This document shows, piece by piece, positions 1 to 9,470 of a stretch of 64,000 bases of DNA. The position numbers and the translations under genes are program-made. The notes below the pieces were generated by a model. The model saw only the letters and a list, made by a program, of their open reading frames with translations. It did no database searches and had not been told where the DNA came from. Within the stretch, counting starts at the first letter, position 1. Every line of letters starts with the position of its first letter. The stretch is from an uncultured Gemmatimonadaceae bacterium (lineage in GTDB: Bacteria; Gemmatimonadota; Gemmatimonadetes; Gemmatimonadales; Gemmatimonadaceae). The stretch is from NCBI GenBank assembly GCA_963843845.1, contig CAWJMB010000002.1, forward strand, positions 64,001-128,000. Reading direction: 5' to 3'.

Positions 1-315
1 AGCGACGCGCCGCCGGTCGGGACGTTCCGCCCGTCGGCGAGCCACCTGTTCGAGTCGGCGGGGCGTGCGCTCGGCCGCGCGCTCGTCGCCGTGATCCTCA
101 CGGGGATGGGCGACGACGGCGTGAGCGGCCTGCGCGTCGCGCGCGGGCTCGGCGGCGAGGTCGTCGCGCAGGACGAAGAAACAAGCGTGATTTACGGCAT
201 GCCGCGCGAGGCGGCGCGCGCCGGCGTCGTCGACGTCGTACTGCCGCTGCCGGAGATCGCGCCGTGGCTGCAACGCGCCGCGCGCCGCCCGCCGAGGGGA
301 CGACCGCATGCCTGA
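1..315 (+). CDS. cheB: Chemotaxis methylesterase CheB, C-terminal part (truncated by window edge)
   Basis: Frame 1 reads FRPSASHLFES...ILTGMGDDG...AQDEETSVIYGMP, the CheB methylesterase motifs. Confidence 0.9.
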   Translation, partial: SDAPPVGTFRPSASHLFESAGRALGRALVAVILTGMGDDGVSGLRVARGLGGEVVAQDEETSVIYGMPREAARAGVVDVVLPLPEIAPWLQRAARRPPRGRPHA

Positions 316-2086
316 CGACACGCCGCATCCGTCGACCGAGTCACCGCCGGCGCGCATCCTCGTCGTGGAGGACAGCGCGACGCAGGCGGCGGCGCTCGCG
401 GCGCTGCTCGAGGAGAGCGGCTACGCGGTCGACGTCGCGCGCAGCGGTGAGCAGGCGCTCGCGCTGCTCGGCGGCGAGCGAGGCGTCGGCGTCGACCTCG
501 TGCTGAGCGACGTCATCATGCCGGGGATCGACGGCTACACGCTCTGCCGCCGCATCCGCACCGAGCTGCGGCGCGACACGCTCCCCGTCGTGCTGCTCAC
601 GAGTCTCACCGACCCGCTCGACATCGTGCGCGGCCTCGAGAGCGGGGCCGACAACTACGTCACGAAGCCGTACGACGCGGCGCGGCTGCTCGCGCGGCTG
701 CGCACCGTGCTCGCCGCGTCGGGGGATCGGCGCGCCGGCCAGGGCAAGCCGGTCGAGGTGACGTTCCAGGGCGTCACGTTCACGATCACTGCCGACAAGG
801 AGCAGATCGTCGAGCTGCTCGTGTCGAGCTACGAGGACCTCGTGCGCACGAGCGAGGCGGTGCGCACGGCCGAGCAGCGCGCCCGCTTCCTCGCCGACGC
901 CGGCGAGCTGCTGTCGTCGTCGCTCGACCCCGAGGTCGTGCTGCGCCACCTGGCGCGCCTCGCGGTCCCGGCCGTCGCCGACGTCTGCGCGACGGCGCTG
1001 CTCGACGGCGACGGCGCGCTGCGGCAGGTCGAGGAAGTCGGCTCGGTCGCCACCGGAGAAACGTTAGGCACCTCGGCGCTCGCGCACGCGGTGGCGCGCA
1101 GCGGGCGCTCGCGGCTCGTCGCGGACACGTCGCACGCGGACGAGACGGGCGCGGACGAGACGGGCGCGGACGAGACGGAGGGCGACGTGCGGCAGTTGCA
1201 CGCGCTCGGCATCGTGTCGTGCGTCGTCGTGCCGCTCGTGGCGCGGGGCATCACGTTGGGCACCGTGAGTCTCGCCGTGCGCCGCGGCCGGCGCCGGCTC
1301 GGCCCCGCGGAGCTCGCGCTCGCCGAGGACCTCGCGCGGCGCGCGGGGCTCGCGGTCGACAACGCGCGGCTCTACCGCGAGGCGCACGACGCGACGCGGG
1401 CGCGCGACGACATGCTCGCGATCGTGTCGCACGACCTGCGCAACCCGCTGCACACGATCGGCATGAGCGCGACGTTCCTCGAGGAGATGGCGAGCGGCGA
1501 GGTGCCGCTCACGCACAAGGACGTGGCGACGAACCTCGGCGTGATCCGCCGCGCGGTGGGGCGGGCGAACGCGCTCATCCAGGATCTGCTCGACGTGAGC
1601 CGCATCGAGGCCGGGCAGCTCGTCGTCGAGAGCGTGCCGACCGACGCGAAGGCGCTGCTCGAGGATGCGACGGCCGACATGCGCGCGCTCGCCACCGGGC
1701 GCGGCGTGCATCTCGACCATGACTGGCGCGGCCCGTCGGTCGCCGTGCGCGCCGACCGCGGCCGCATCGCACAACTGTTCTCGAATCTCATCGGCAACGC
1801 GCTCAAGTTCACGCCGACCGAGGGGCGCGTGCACATCAGCGGCGAGCCCGACGGCGACGTCGTCTGGTACACGGTGCGCGACACCGGCACCGGCATCCCC
1901 GCCGACCACCTGCCGCACCTGTTCGACCGCTTCTGGCAGGCGCAGCGCGCGTCACGCGCCGGGGCGGGGCTCGGCCTGTTCATCTCGAAGGGGATCGTCG
2001 ATGCGCACGGGGGGCGGATCGACGTCGAGAGCGAGCCGGGGGTGGGGACGGCGTTTCGCTTCTCGATTCCGGTGGCGAGCGGGTAG
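308..2086 (+). CDS. Hybrid sensor histidine kinase (REC-GAF-HisKA-HATPase)
   Basis: ILVVEDS/LSDVIMPGIDG receiver; SHDLRNPL H-box; NLIGNALKF, DTGTGI and GAGLGL N/G boxes. Confidence 0.93.
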   Translation: MPDDTPHPSTESPPARILVVEDSATQAAALAALLEESGYAVDVARSGEQALALLGGERGVGVDLVLSDVIMPGIDGYTLCRRIRTELRRDTLPVVLLTSLTDPLDIVRGLESGADNYVTKPYDAARLLARLRTVLAASGDRRAGQGKPVEVTFQGVTFTITADKEQIVELLVSSYEDLVRTSEAVRTAEQRARFLADAGELLSSSLDPEVVLRHLARLAVPAVADVCATALLDGDGALRQVEEVGSVATGETLGTSALAHAVARSGRSRLVADTSHADETGADETGADETEGDVRQLHALGIVSCVVVPLVARGITLGTVSLAVRRGRRRLGPAELALAEDLARRAGLAVDNARLYREAHDATRARDDMLAIVSHDLRNPLHTIGMSATFLEEMASGEVPLTHKDVATNLGVIRRAVGRANALIQDLLDVSRIEAGQLVVESVPTDAKALLEDATADMRALATGRGVHLDHDWRGPSVAVRADRGRIAQLFSNLIGNALKFTPTEGRVHISGEPDGDVVWYTVRDTGTGIPADHLPHLFDRFWQAQRASRAGAGLGLFISKGIVDAHGGRIDVESEPGVGTAFRFSIPVASG

Positions 2087-2105
2087 CGGTCGGCCAGAAG
2101 GTTTT

Positions 2106-2153
2106 CACGGAAGGAACGGAAGGAACCCGGAGTGTCTCCTCTCCCTCCGTGAA
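2106..2153. repeat. REP-like hairpin containing GGAAGGAAC units, between convergent genes
   Basis: TTCACGGAAGGA ... TCCCTCCGTGAA imperfect inverted repeat; related copy at 25775-25841. Confidence 0.55.
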
Positions 2154-2167
2154 GGAATCCCGCCGTG

Positions 2168-2806
2168 TCACCGCAGCGCCGCCACGAGCGCCGAGTCGAG
2201 CGCGAGCAGCGTCTTGCGGTGGAGCGGCGAGTTCTCGTGGCCGATCAACAGCCGCGTGACGGGCGTCGCCTCGGTGATCGCGAGCCGCGTCGCGCGCACG
2301 CCCTCGGGCACGTCGAAGACGAACGTCGACTCGTACGACTCGCCGGGACGGAGCGGCGTGTCGATCGGGGTGCCCGCCCGCGCCGCCGCCGACCACTCCT
2401 GTCCGGTCGCGTCGACGAGCCGCACGCGCCGTGGGTTCGGGAACAGCGCGCGGTCGTCGCGCCGTGCGGCGATCGTCTCGACGTCGAACAGCGTGCGCAC
2501 GACGATCGTGTAGCGCGTTCCGTCGGCGAGCGGCTCGGCGCGGGCGGGGCGGACGGTGTACGCGAGGTGGCAGTCGATCTCGCAGAACACTTTCGCGCGG
2601 CCGACCGGCAGCACCTCCTCCTCGCTTCCGGCGCCGACGACGAGCAGCGCGGCGGCGTACCCCGCGGCGAGCGCGCCGCCGGCCGCGGCGCTGAGAGTGG
2701 CGCTGCGGCGTCGGCCGATCATCGCGAAGCCGATCGCCGCGAGCGCGCTGGCGCCGACCGCACCGGCGGTGGCGAGGAAGAGGAGCAGGGCGAATGGAGT
2801 CGTCAT
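2168..2806 (-). CDS. Hypothetical membrane-anchored protein with C-terminal Ig-like (DUF4352-like) domain
   Basis: ATG at 2806; two hydrophobic N-terminal helices; LVDATGQEW...LRPGESYESTFVFDVP. Confidence 0.65.
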   Translation of the reverse strand: MTTPFALLLFLATAGAVGASALAAIGFAMIGRRRSATLSAAAGGALAAGYAAALLVVGAGSEEEVLPVGRAKVFCEIDCHLAYTVRPARAEPLADGTRYTIVVRTLFDVETIAARRDDRALFPNPRRVRLVDATGQEWSAAARAGTPIDTPLRPGESYESTFVFDVPEGVRATRLAITEATPVTRLLIGHENSPLHRKTLLALDSALVAALR

Positions 2807-2820
2807 GGAAGGCTCGGCGG

Positions 2821-2877
2821 ACGTGAACGGCGAACGTGAACGGCGAACGCGAACGGCGAACGCGAACGGCGAACGTG
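2821..2877. repeat. Intergenic tandem repeat, 13-bp unit ACGYGAACGGCGA x ~4.4
   Basis: Read directly from sequence. Confidence 0.9.
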
Positions 2878-3564
2878 CTAGGCCGAGATGCGCCCGAAGC
2901 GGCGGTCGCGGCGCTGATAGTCGGCGACGGCGGCGGCGAGGTCGTCGCGTGTGACGTCCGGCCAGAGCCGGTCGGTGAACCACAGCTCGGCGTAGGCGCT
3001 CTCCCAGAGCAGGAAGTCGCTCAGGCGCCGCTCGCCGCCGGTGCGGATCAGCAGGTCGACCGCGGGCCACGCCGCGAGCGGGTCGGCGTCGCGCGCCGCG
3101 GTGTCGGCGAGCGCGCGCCGGATCTCGCCGCGCGCCGAGTAGTCGATCGCGAGGCGGAGCGTGAGCGTGGTGTTGTCCTGCGTCGCGCGCTCGACGTCGT
3201 CGATCGCGTGCACGAGCGGCGCGGGCAGCCGGTCGCGTCGGCCGATGACGGTGAAGCGAACGCCCTGCGTGCGGAGCCGGTCGCGTTCGCGGGCCAGGAA
3301 CTCGGCGAACAGTCGCAGCAGCGCGTGGACCTCGGCCGGCGGACGCTCGAAGTTGTCGCACGACATCGCGAACAGTGTGAGCGTGGTGACGCCGAACGAC
3401 GGCGCGGCCTCGACGACGCGCCGCACGGCGTGGGCGCCGGCGCGATGTCCTGCCGGGCGCGGCAGTCCGCGCCGCGTCGCCCAGCGCCCGTTGCCGTCCA
3501 TGATCATGGCGACGTGGAACGGCTCGTTCTGCGAAGAACTCTGTATCGTAAAGTTCAGGGACAC
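2878..3564 (-). CDS. uppS: cis-prenyltransferase (undecaprenyl diphosphate synthase family)
   Basis: HVAMIMDGNGRWA and DLLIRTGGERRLSDFLLWESAYAEL motifs. Confidence 0.93.
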   Translation of the reverse strand: MSLNFTIQSSSQNEPFHVAMIMDGNGRWATRRGLPRPAGHRAGAHAVRRVVEAAPSFGVTTLTLFAMSCDNFERPPAEVHALLRLFAEFLARERDRLRTQGVRFTVIGRRDRLPAPLVHAIDDVERATQDNTTLTLRLAIDYSARGEIRRALADTAARDADPLAAWPAVDLLIRTGGERRLSDFLLWESAYAELWFTDRLWPDVTRDDLAAAVADYQRRDRRFGRISA

Positions 3565-3606
3565 GCGGGCGGCTCCGGAGACGTGTGGTGAAGGGAGACG
3601 ACTGAC

Positions 3607-3972
3607 TCAGCGCGCCCGGGCGGCGCGGATGAGCGATTCCATGTGGTCGAGATAGCGATCGAGCGCGTCGCGTCCGGCGTCGGTGATCGCGTAGTCGGTG
3701 CGCGGCAGTCGTCCGTCGAACGACTTCGTGCAGGTCAGATATCCCGCGTCCTCGAGCTTGCGCGCATGTACGCTCACATTCCCGTCAGTGGCGCCCAGGA
3801 GCTCGCGTAGCTCGGTGAAGGTGAGGCTGGGTTGGGCCGCGAGTGCGCTGAGAATCCCGAGCCGCATCCGCTCGTGGACGAGGCGATCGAGCTCGTTCGC
3901 CGACGGGGGCGTCGTGGCGGACAGCGCAACCGGCGCAGGCGGAGCGACCGGACGACGTTTCGGAGCACCCAT
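3607..3972 (-). CDS. Winged-helix transcriptional regulator (ArsR/MarR-like, HTH_34 type)
   Basis: LDRLVHERMRLGILSAL...TDGNVSVHARKLEDAGYL...PRTDYAIT. Confidence 0.88.
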   Translation of the reverse strand: MGAPKRRPVAPPAPVALSATTPPSANELDRLVHERMRLGILSALAAQPSLTFTELRELLGATDGNVSVHARKLEDAGYLTCTKSFDGRLPRTDYAITDAGRDALDRYLDHMESLIRAARAR

Positions 3973-3977
3973 CGGCG

Positions 3978-4619
3978 TCACCCTCCGTAGCGGCGGCCGA
4001 TGAGCACGCCGAAGACGATGTGGAGTCCGCCGAAGCCGGCGGCGAGCAGCCAGTCGGCCCACGCCGCCGGCGCCGCTGCCGCGACCGTGCCCAACGCCAT
4101 GAAGGCGAGCCCCATGAGCGGAACGGGGCGCACGGAGAACGCGCCGCCGCAGACGACGCCCGCGCCGTAGAGCAGCATCCACGTCGCCGGCAGTGCGTCG
4201 ATCGCGTGGAGTCGCGACAGCGTCGCGGTCAGGATGACGCCGGCGAGCAGCGGCGGCGCGAACGCGAGCACGAACCGCCGCCCCGGCCCCGAATGCACGG
4301 CGCGCACCGCGTGCGCTCGGCTGCCGGCTTTCCGCACGATCGCGACAGCGCCGATGGTCATCGCGACGACGGCTTCGGCGAGCCAGACGGCGAGCCAGCG
4401 GGTCGGCGACGGCTGCCGGCTCGCGACGACCGCCGCGCCGAGCGCCGTGACACCCATGGCGGCGCCGCCCCAGCCCGGCACGGCCGTGAACTGCCCGGCG
4501 CGCGCCATGACGTCGCGGATGTACGTGAGCTGTTCGGCGGCGCGATCGTGGAGCGCCACGGGGGGGTCGACGGTGGCGGTCGCGGCAGCGGTCGCAGCGG
4601 CGGTTCGGATACGGGTCAC
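3978..4619 (-). CDS. Multi-pass membrane protein, first gene of the wHTH-uppS operon
   Basis: About six hydrophobic segments; L.YIRD.M.RA start and GFGGLHIVFG end. Confidence 0.8.
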   Translation of the reverse strand: MTRIRTAAATAAATATVDPPVALHDRAAEQLTYIRDVMARAGQFTAVPGWGGAAMGVTALGAAVVASRQPSPTRWLAVWLAEAVVAMTIGAVAIVRKAGSRAHAVRAVHSGPGRRFVLAFAPPLLAGVILTATLSRLHAIDALPATWMLLYGAGVVCGGAFSVRPVPLMGLAFMALGTVAAAAPAAWADWLLAAGFGGLHIVFGVLIGRRYGG

Positions 4620-4656
4620 GGCTCCATGCTACGCAGGAGAAGCGATCCAGTCAAGT

Positions 4657-4672
4657 ACTTTATGTTACAAAG
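4657..4672. promoter_or_regulatory. Putative operator ACTTTATGTTACAAAG upstream of the operon
   Basis: AT-rich pseudo-palindrome; 13/16 identical copy at the uppS 5' end (3536-3556). Confidence 0.55.
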
Positions 4673-4894
4673 CGGAGGCGTTCGGTCCAGGGGTCCGGAC
4701 CGCGCGTGCCACGAGGCGCCCCCGCGACGTCGATCGATGCGCCCGCAGGCCGCACGCTCGGCATGGTCATCGCACTCCTCGCGCCGCTGCGCTCGGCGTC
4801 GATGCTCCGCGCGATCGTAGCCCGCGCCTCGGCCGAGGGCTACGTTGCGGATTCGTCGCACGCCGAGAATAACGATCGCTCGCAGGTCCGTCGT

Positions 4895-6356
4895 ATGCCG
4901 TCGTTCCGCCGTTCGTCCGCCGCGCCGCGCGCCGCGCCGCCGTCCTCTCCGACCGGGCTCCAGACCGAGAGCTGGCGCCTGTTGTGGGAGGAGCATGCGG
5001 CCGACCCCGACGCCCAGGCCGCGGCCGCCGCGTGGGAGCGAGCGCGAGCCCACGCGCTCCCCGCCGCGCGCGATCTGGTCGAGCGCTTTCTCGCCGGCGC
5101 GGTCGACGTCGCGACGCTGCGCCTCGAGCTCGACCGCCGCACGAAGGCCGACTGGCGCGCGCTCGCGCTGCGCGGTCCGGCCGGCGCGATGGTCCTGAAT
5201 CAGCTCGCGAAGCGCGCCGAGTCGACCGGGGAGACCGAGCCACTCGCCGCGGCGCTGCGCGCGGCGCTCGCCCTCCCGGCGTCGCCGGTCGGGGCGGCAG
5301 AGCGGCTGCGGGCGTGGGTCGCGTACGGCGGGGACGCGGCGCGTCGAGCGGCGCCCGCCGAGTCCGGACCGCGTCATGCCGACGTGTCGATCGCGCCCGG
5401 CCGGCTCGTCGCGTTCGTCGCCGCGTGCTGGCACGTGCAGGCGCCCGAGCGGTGGCCCGCCTCGCACCCGTCGGCGCGGCGGGCGCTCGCGCACGGCGAC
5501 GCGCTGTTCACGCCGACGGGCGACGCGGTCGTCGACTATCTCGCCTTCCGCGACGCGTTCCTCGCCGCTCGCCGCGTCGATCGGCGTGCGCGCCGCGCAG
5601 CTCGAGCAGCTCTGCCGCACGCGCCCCGTCGACACCGACGCGACGCCGGGGCTCGACGATGTCGACGACGAGCCGGTCCCTGCCCCGCGCCGCCGCGTGA
5701 CGTACGGCCGCGCGCTCTCGGCGAGCCGCGTGGCCGAGCGCGCGCCGCTGTACGTCGCGCGCCCGACGAGGTCGCGCCACGCGCCGCCGACGCCCCCGAC
5801 GCCCCCGACGCCCCCGACGCCGTCGTCCGCCGAGCGGGGCGTGCCAGGACACTCGCAGGTGCAGTGGCAGCTCGCGCAGCTCGGCCGAGCGGCCGGGTGC
5901 CACGTGTGGATCGCCGCGAACGACCACCGCCGCGCGTGGAACGGCGCCGCGTTAGGCACGCTGTCGCTGCCGCGCCTGCCGCGCCTCGGTCTCGACGACG
6001 AGAGCGAGCGGCTCGTGCGGCTCATCGACGTCGTGTGGCTCAGCGGGCGCCAGCGGGTCGTCGCGGCGTTCGAGGTCGAGCGCACGACGTCGATCCACTC
6101 CGGCATCCTGCGCATGGCGGACCTCGCCGCGCTCGCGCCGAACCTGAGCTTCCCGATGTACGTCGTCGCGCCACGGCGCCGGCTCACCAAGGTGCGCCGC
6201 GAGCTGGCGCGGCCGTCGCTGCAGGCGCTGGGGCTGCACCGGCGGTGCGGGTTCTTCGCGGCGGAGGCGCTGCTCGAGGCGGCGGAGGAGATCGCGCGGT
6301 GGGGAGGCGGGGCGGAGGCGATCGGGAAGTTGGCTGAGTTCGTCGGGGAGGGATGA
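4895..6356 (+). CDS. Putative PD-(D/E)XK restriction-endonuclease-like protein (one frameshift near 5565)
   Basis: C-terminal IDVVWL...AFEVERTTSIHSGILRMADL; the two ORFs join as FRDAFL|ALAASIGV if one base is removed. Confidence 0.6.
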
Positions 6357-6366
6357 CCGCCGAGAG

Positions 6367-7191
6367 ATGAGCTCCCCCTCCCCCTCCCCCGCCTTCGACC
6401 CGATCACGCTCCACCACGCCGCCGCACGTGCGGGCGTCCTCCCGCATGGCGCCCACGTCACGTCGTGGCGCACGGCCGACGGCGCCGACCGCCTCTACCT
6501 GAGCCCGCACGCGGTCCACGCCGCCGGCAGCGCGATCCGCGGCGGCATCCCCGTCATCTTCCCGCAGTTCTCGGCGGAGGGCGCCCTTCCCCGCCACGGC
6601 TTCGCGCGCACCCGGCCGTGGCGCATCGCCCGGCTCGGCGACGACACCGCCACGCTCGCACTCGACGACGACGACGCGACGCGTGCGATCTGGCCGCACC
6701 CGTTCGCCGCCGACCTGACGATCGCGTTAGGCACCGACACCCTCGCCGTCACCCTCGCCGTCACGAACACCGGCGCCGACACGTTCACGTTCACTGCCGC
6801 GCTGCACACGTACCTCGCCGTCCGCGACGTCGAGCGGATCACGGTCGACGGACTGGTCGGCGTCGCGTACCGCGATCAGACCGCGAACGGCGTCGTCCGC
6901 TCCGGAGCCGCCGAGCCGCTCCGCATCGCCGGCGACGTCGATCGCGTCTACCTCGACGTTCCGGGTGACGTCGTCGTGCGCGACGCCGAGCGTACCGTGC
7001 GCGTCGCGGCCGACGGATTTCCGGACGTCGTCGTGTGGAATCCAGGCGCGGCGCGCGCCGCGTCGCTCGCCGACGTCGAGCCCGACGGATGGCGCCGTTT
7101 CGTCTGCGTCGAGGCAGCGGCGATCGCGCGACCGGTGTCGCTGGCTCCGGGCGCGCAGTGGCGCGGCACGCAGCGCCTCGCCGCCCGATGA
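6367..7191 (+). CDS. D-hexose-6-phosphate mutarotase / aldose 1-epimerase family
   Basis: IRGGIPVIFPQF, HGFAR, ALHTYL, VVWNPG and FVCVEAA motifs. Confidence 0.92.
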   Translation: MSSPSPSPAFDPITLHHAAARAGVLPHGAHVTSWRTADGADRLYLSPHAVHAAGSAIRGGIPVIFPQFSAEGALPRHGFARTRPWRIARLGDDTATLALDDDDATRAIWPHPFAADLTIALGTDTLAVTLAVTNTGADTFTFTAALHTYLAVRDVERITVDGLVGVAYRDQTANGVVRSGAAEPLRIAGDVDRVYLDVPGDVVVRDAERTVRVAADGFPDVVVWNPGAARAASLADVEPDGWRRFVCVEAAAIARPVSLAPGAQWRGTQRLAAR

Positions 7192-8153
7192 CGCGCGCCG
7201 TCACGCGGTGGATCGTCGCGGCAGCCGCGTCGACGACACTCACAGTCGCGTCGGTCCCGGCGACAGTCGCCGCACAGCCAGCGACACAGCCGCCGCCGGC
7301 CGCGTCGCAGAACCCGTCGCCGATGGTCGAGGCGACGCGCCGCCACGAGCGCCTCACACAGTCACCGCTCGGCGGACTCGCCCGCACGGTGAGCGGCCCT
7401 GCCGGCAGGCCCGTCGAGCTGTGGGTCCCGGACGACGCCCGCCGCCGCGACGCGATCGACCTCGTGATCCACTTTCACGGCGCGGCGTGGCTGCCGCAGC
7501 AGGCGGTCGCGCGACTCGGCGGACGTGCACGCGGGCACACGGTCGCCGCCGTCGTGAACCTCGGCGCCGGCTCGGGCGCGTACCACCGCGCATTCGCCGA
7601 CCCCGCGGCGTTCGACACGCTCCTCGCGACCGTGACGCGCGACGTCGCGCTCGCGACCGGGCGCGCCACACGCGTCGGCCGGCTGACGCTCGTCGGATTC
7701 TCCGCCGGCCACGGCGCCATCCGCGCCATTCTTCGCGACCCGGACCACTTCGCGCGCGTCGACGCCGTGCTGCTGCTCGACGGGATGCACACGTCGTACG
7801 TCCCCGAGGGCGCCGTGCTCGAACGAGGGGGCGCGCTCGACACGACCAACCTCGCCGCCTTCGCGCGCTTCGCGCGTGCCGCGACGCGCGGGGAGAAGCG
7901 CTTCCTCGTCACGCACTCCGAGATCTTTCCCGGCACCTTCGCGAGCACGACCGAGACCGCCGACTGGCTGCTCGCCGCGTCAGGCACTCGCCGCACGCCG
8001 GTGCTGCGCTGGGGGCCGCGCGGCATGCAGCAGCTCAGCGAGGTACGCGCCGGCCGCTTCGCGCTGCTCGGCTTCGCGGGGAACAGCGCGCCGGACCACA
8101 TCGACCAGTTCCACGCGATGCCCGAGATGCTCGCGCGGCTGCTCGGCCGGTAG
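7188..8153 (+). CDS. Secreted alpha/beta-hydrolase-fold protein
   Basis: Signal-peptide-like N-terminus; HFHG; GFSAG nucleophile elbow; ATGA overlap with upstream gene. Confidence 0.7.
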   Translation: MTRAVTRWIVAAAASTTLTVASVPATVAAQPATQPPPAASQNPSPMVEATRRHERLTQSPLGGLARTVSGPAGRPVELWVPDDARRRDAIDLVIHFHGAAWLPQQAVARLGGRARGHTVAAVVNLGAGSGAYHRAFADPAAFDTLLATVTRDVALATGRATRVGRLTLVGFSAGHGAIRAILRDPDHFARVDAVLLLDGMHTSYVPEGAVLERGGALDTTNLAAFARFARAATRGEKRFLVTHSEIFPGTFASTTETADWLLAASGTRRTPVLRWGPRGMQQLSEVRAGRFALLGFAGNSAPDHIDQFHAMPEMLARLLGR

Positions 8154-8240
8154 CGGAGGCGGGGAATCCGTTCGCGCGGCGCGGGGTGTCTGACGAGAGC
8201 GCAGCGCGGTTCGACTCTCACCTTCTTCGTAGATCTTCTC

Positions 8241-8726
8241 ATGCCGAACGGATCGCTCGCGCTCGCCGTCGCGCTGTCACTGTGCGCGCTCGCCGCGCCG
8301 CTCGCCGCGCAGAGCACCCCGGCCGCGCCGACGGCCGCGCTGCCGAGCGTCTCGCTCTCGGCCCCGCTGGACCGCGTGCTGCGCGACTACGAGCGCGCCT
8401 GGCAGGCCGGAGACGCGGCGGCCCTCGCCGCGCTGTTCGCCGAAGACGGGTTCGTGCTGCAGAACGGGCGGGCGCCGGTGCGCGGGCGGGCGGCGATCCA
8501 GGCGGCGTACAGTGGCCAGGCGAGCGGCGTGCTCCGCCTGCGCGCGCTCGCCGCCGCCGCGAGCGACACGACCGGCTACATCGTCGGCGCGTACACGTAC
8601 GGCGACCGGCCGGACGACATCGGCAAGTTCACCCTCACGCTGCGCCGCGCGCGTGGCGGCGCGTGGCTCATCTTCTCGGACATGGACAACGGCAACGCGC
8701 CGCGCCGTCCTGGCGGCGGCGAGTGA
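8241..8726 (+). CDS. Secreted NTF2/SnoaL-like (DUF4440) protein
   Basis: YERAWQAGDAAALAALFAEDG...VRGRAAI pattern; signal peptide. Confidence 0.8.
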   Translation: MPNGSLALAVALSLCALAAPLAAQSTPAAPTAALPSVSLSAPLDRVLRDYERAWQAGDAAALAALFAEDGFVLQNGRAPVRGRAAIQAAYSGQASGVLRLRALAAAASDTTGYIVGAYTYGDRPDDIGKFTLTLRRARGGAWLIFSDMDNGNAPRRPGGGE

Positions 8727-9250
8727 GCGACGCCGTGCCGTCGCCCGCGGGGCGCCCGACGCACGCGGCGCCGCGGATCGTCGACGGTCGTGCGATGCTG
8801 CTCGCCGGCATCCGCCGCGTGCACGGCTTCGCCGAGTCGCCGCGTACGATTCCGGCGCAGTGGAGCGAGTTCATGGCGGGCGGCGACGTGCCGGGCCAGG
8901 TCGGCCGCGTCGCGTACGGCGCGATCTGCGGCGCCGACATGGCGGGCCAGACGTTCGAGTACATGTGCGCCGTCGAAGTCGCGTCGTTCGACGACCTGCC
9001 GGCGTCGTACGGACGCATGCGGGTGCCGGCGCAGCGCTACGCCGTGTTCACGCACGACGGACCGGTGTCGACGATCCGGGCGACGTGGCAGCACGCGTGG
9101 ACCGCGTGGCTGCCGGCGAGCGGCTACCGCATGGCGAACACGCCCGAGTTCGAGCGCTACGGCGAGGCCTTCGACGCCGGCACCGGTCGCGGCGACATCG
9201 AGGTGTGGGTCTCGGTCGATCCTGCGCCGACGCGCGCCCGCGACGGCTGA
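8723..9250 (+). CDS. GyrI-like small-molecule-binding protein
   Basis: IPAQW...FEYMCAVEV...YAVFTH.G...WLPASGY...PEFERYGE. Confidence 0.85.
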   Translation: MSDAVPSPAGRPTHAAPRIVDGRAMLLAGIRRVHGFAESPRTIPAQWSEFMAGGDVPGQVGRVAYGAICGADMAGQTFEYMCAVEVASFDDLPASYGRMRVPAQRYAVFTHDGPVSTIRATWQHAWTAWLPASGYRMANTPEFERYGEAFDAGTGRGDIEVWVSVDPAPTRARDG

Positions 9251-9255
9251 CGCGT

Positions 9256-9430
9256 CAGGAGTATCTCCCCGCGCAGCGCCACCGTCGGATCCGCCGCCCC
9301 GCGCGTCGCGCCGGCAGCAGGCTCGCGACGACCGCCGTGACGATCAGCAGAGGATGCCGAACAGCAGCCTGCCGGCGACGCTCACCGCGAGCGCGAGCGC
9401 CGCGAGGTGCCTAACGCCACGTCAGGCCGC
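9256..9430 (-). pseudogene. Remnant of an ABC permease (ADOP/FtsX-type) C-terminus
   Basis: Frameshifted pieces VALG / LLFGI / VVASLLPARRA / DPTVALRGE match the end of the intact permease at 10992-13415. Confidence 0.55.
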
Positions 9431-9470
9431 GCGCGTGATCGGAGAGGCGCGTCAGCACCCGGGCGCCCTC

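Noticed and set aside
2821..2877. GTTC/GAAC repeats as a LexA box
   Set aside because: Spacing is N2/N3, not GTTC-N7-GTTC or GAAC-N4-GTTC, and the site lies inside an operon
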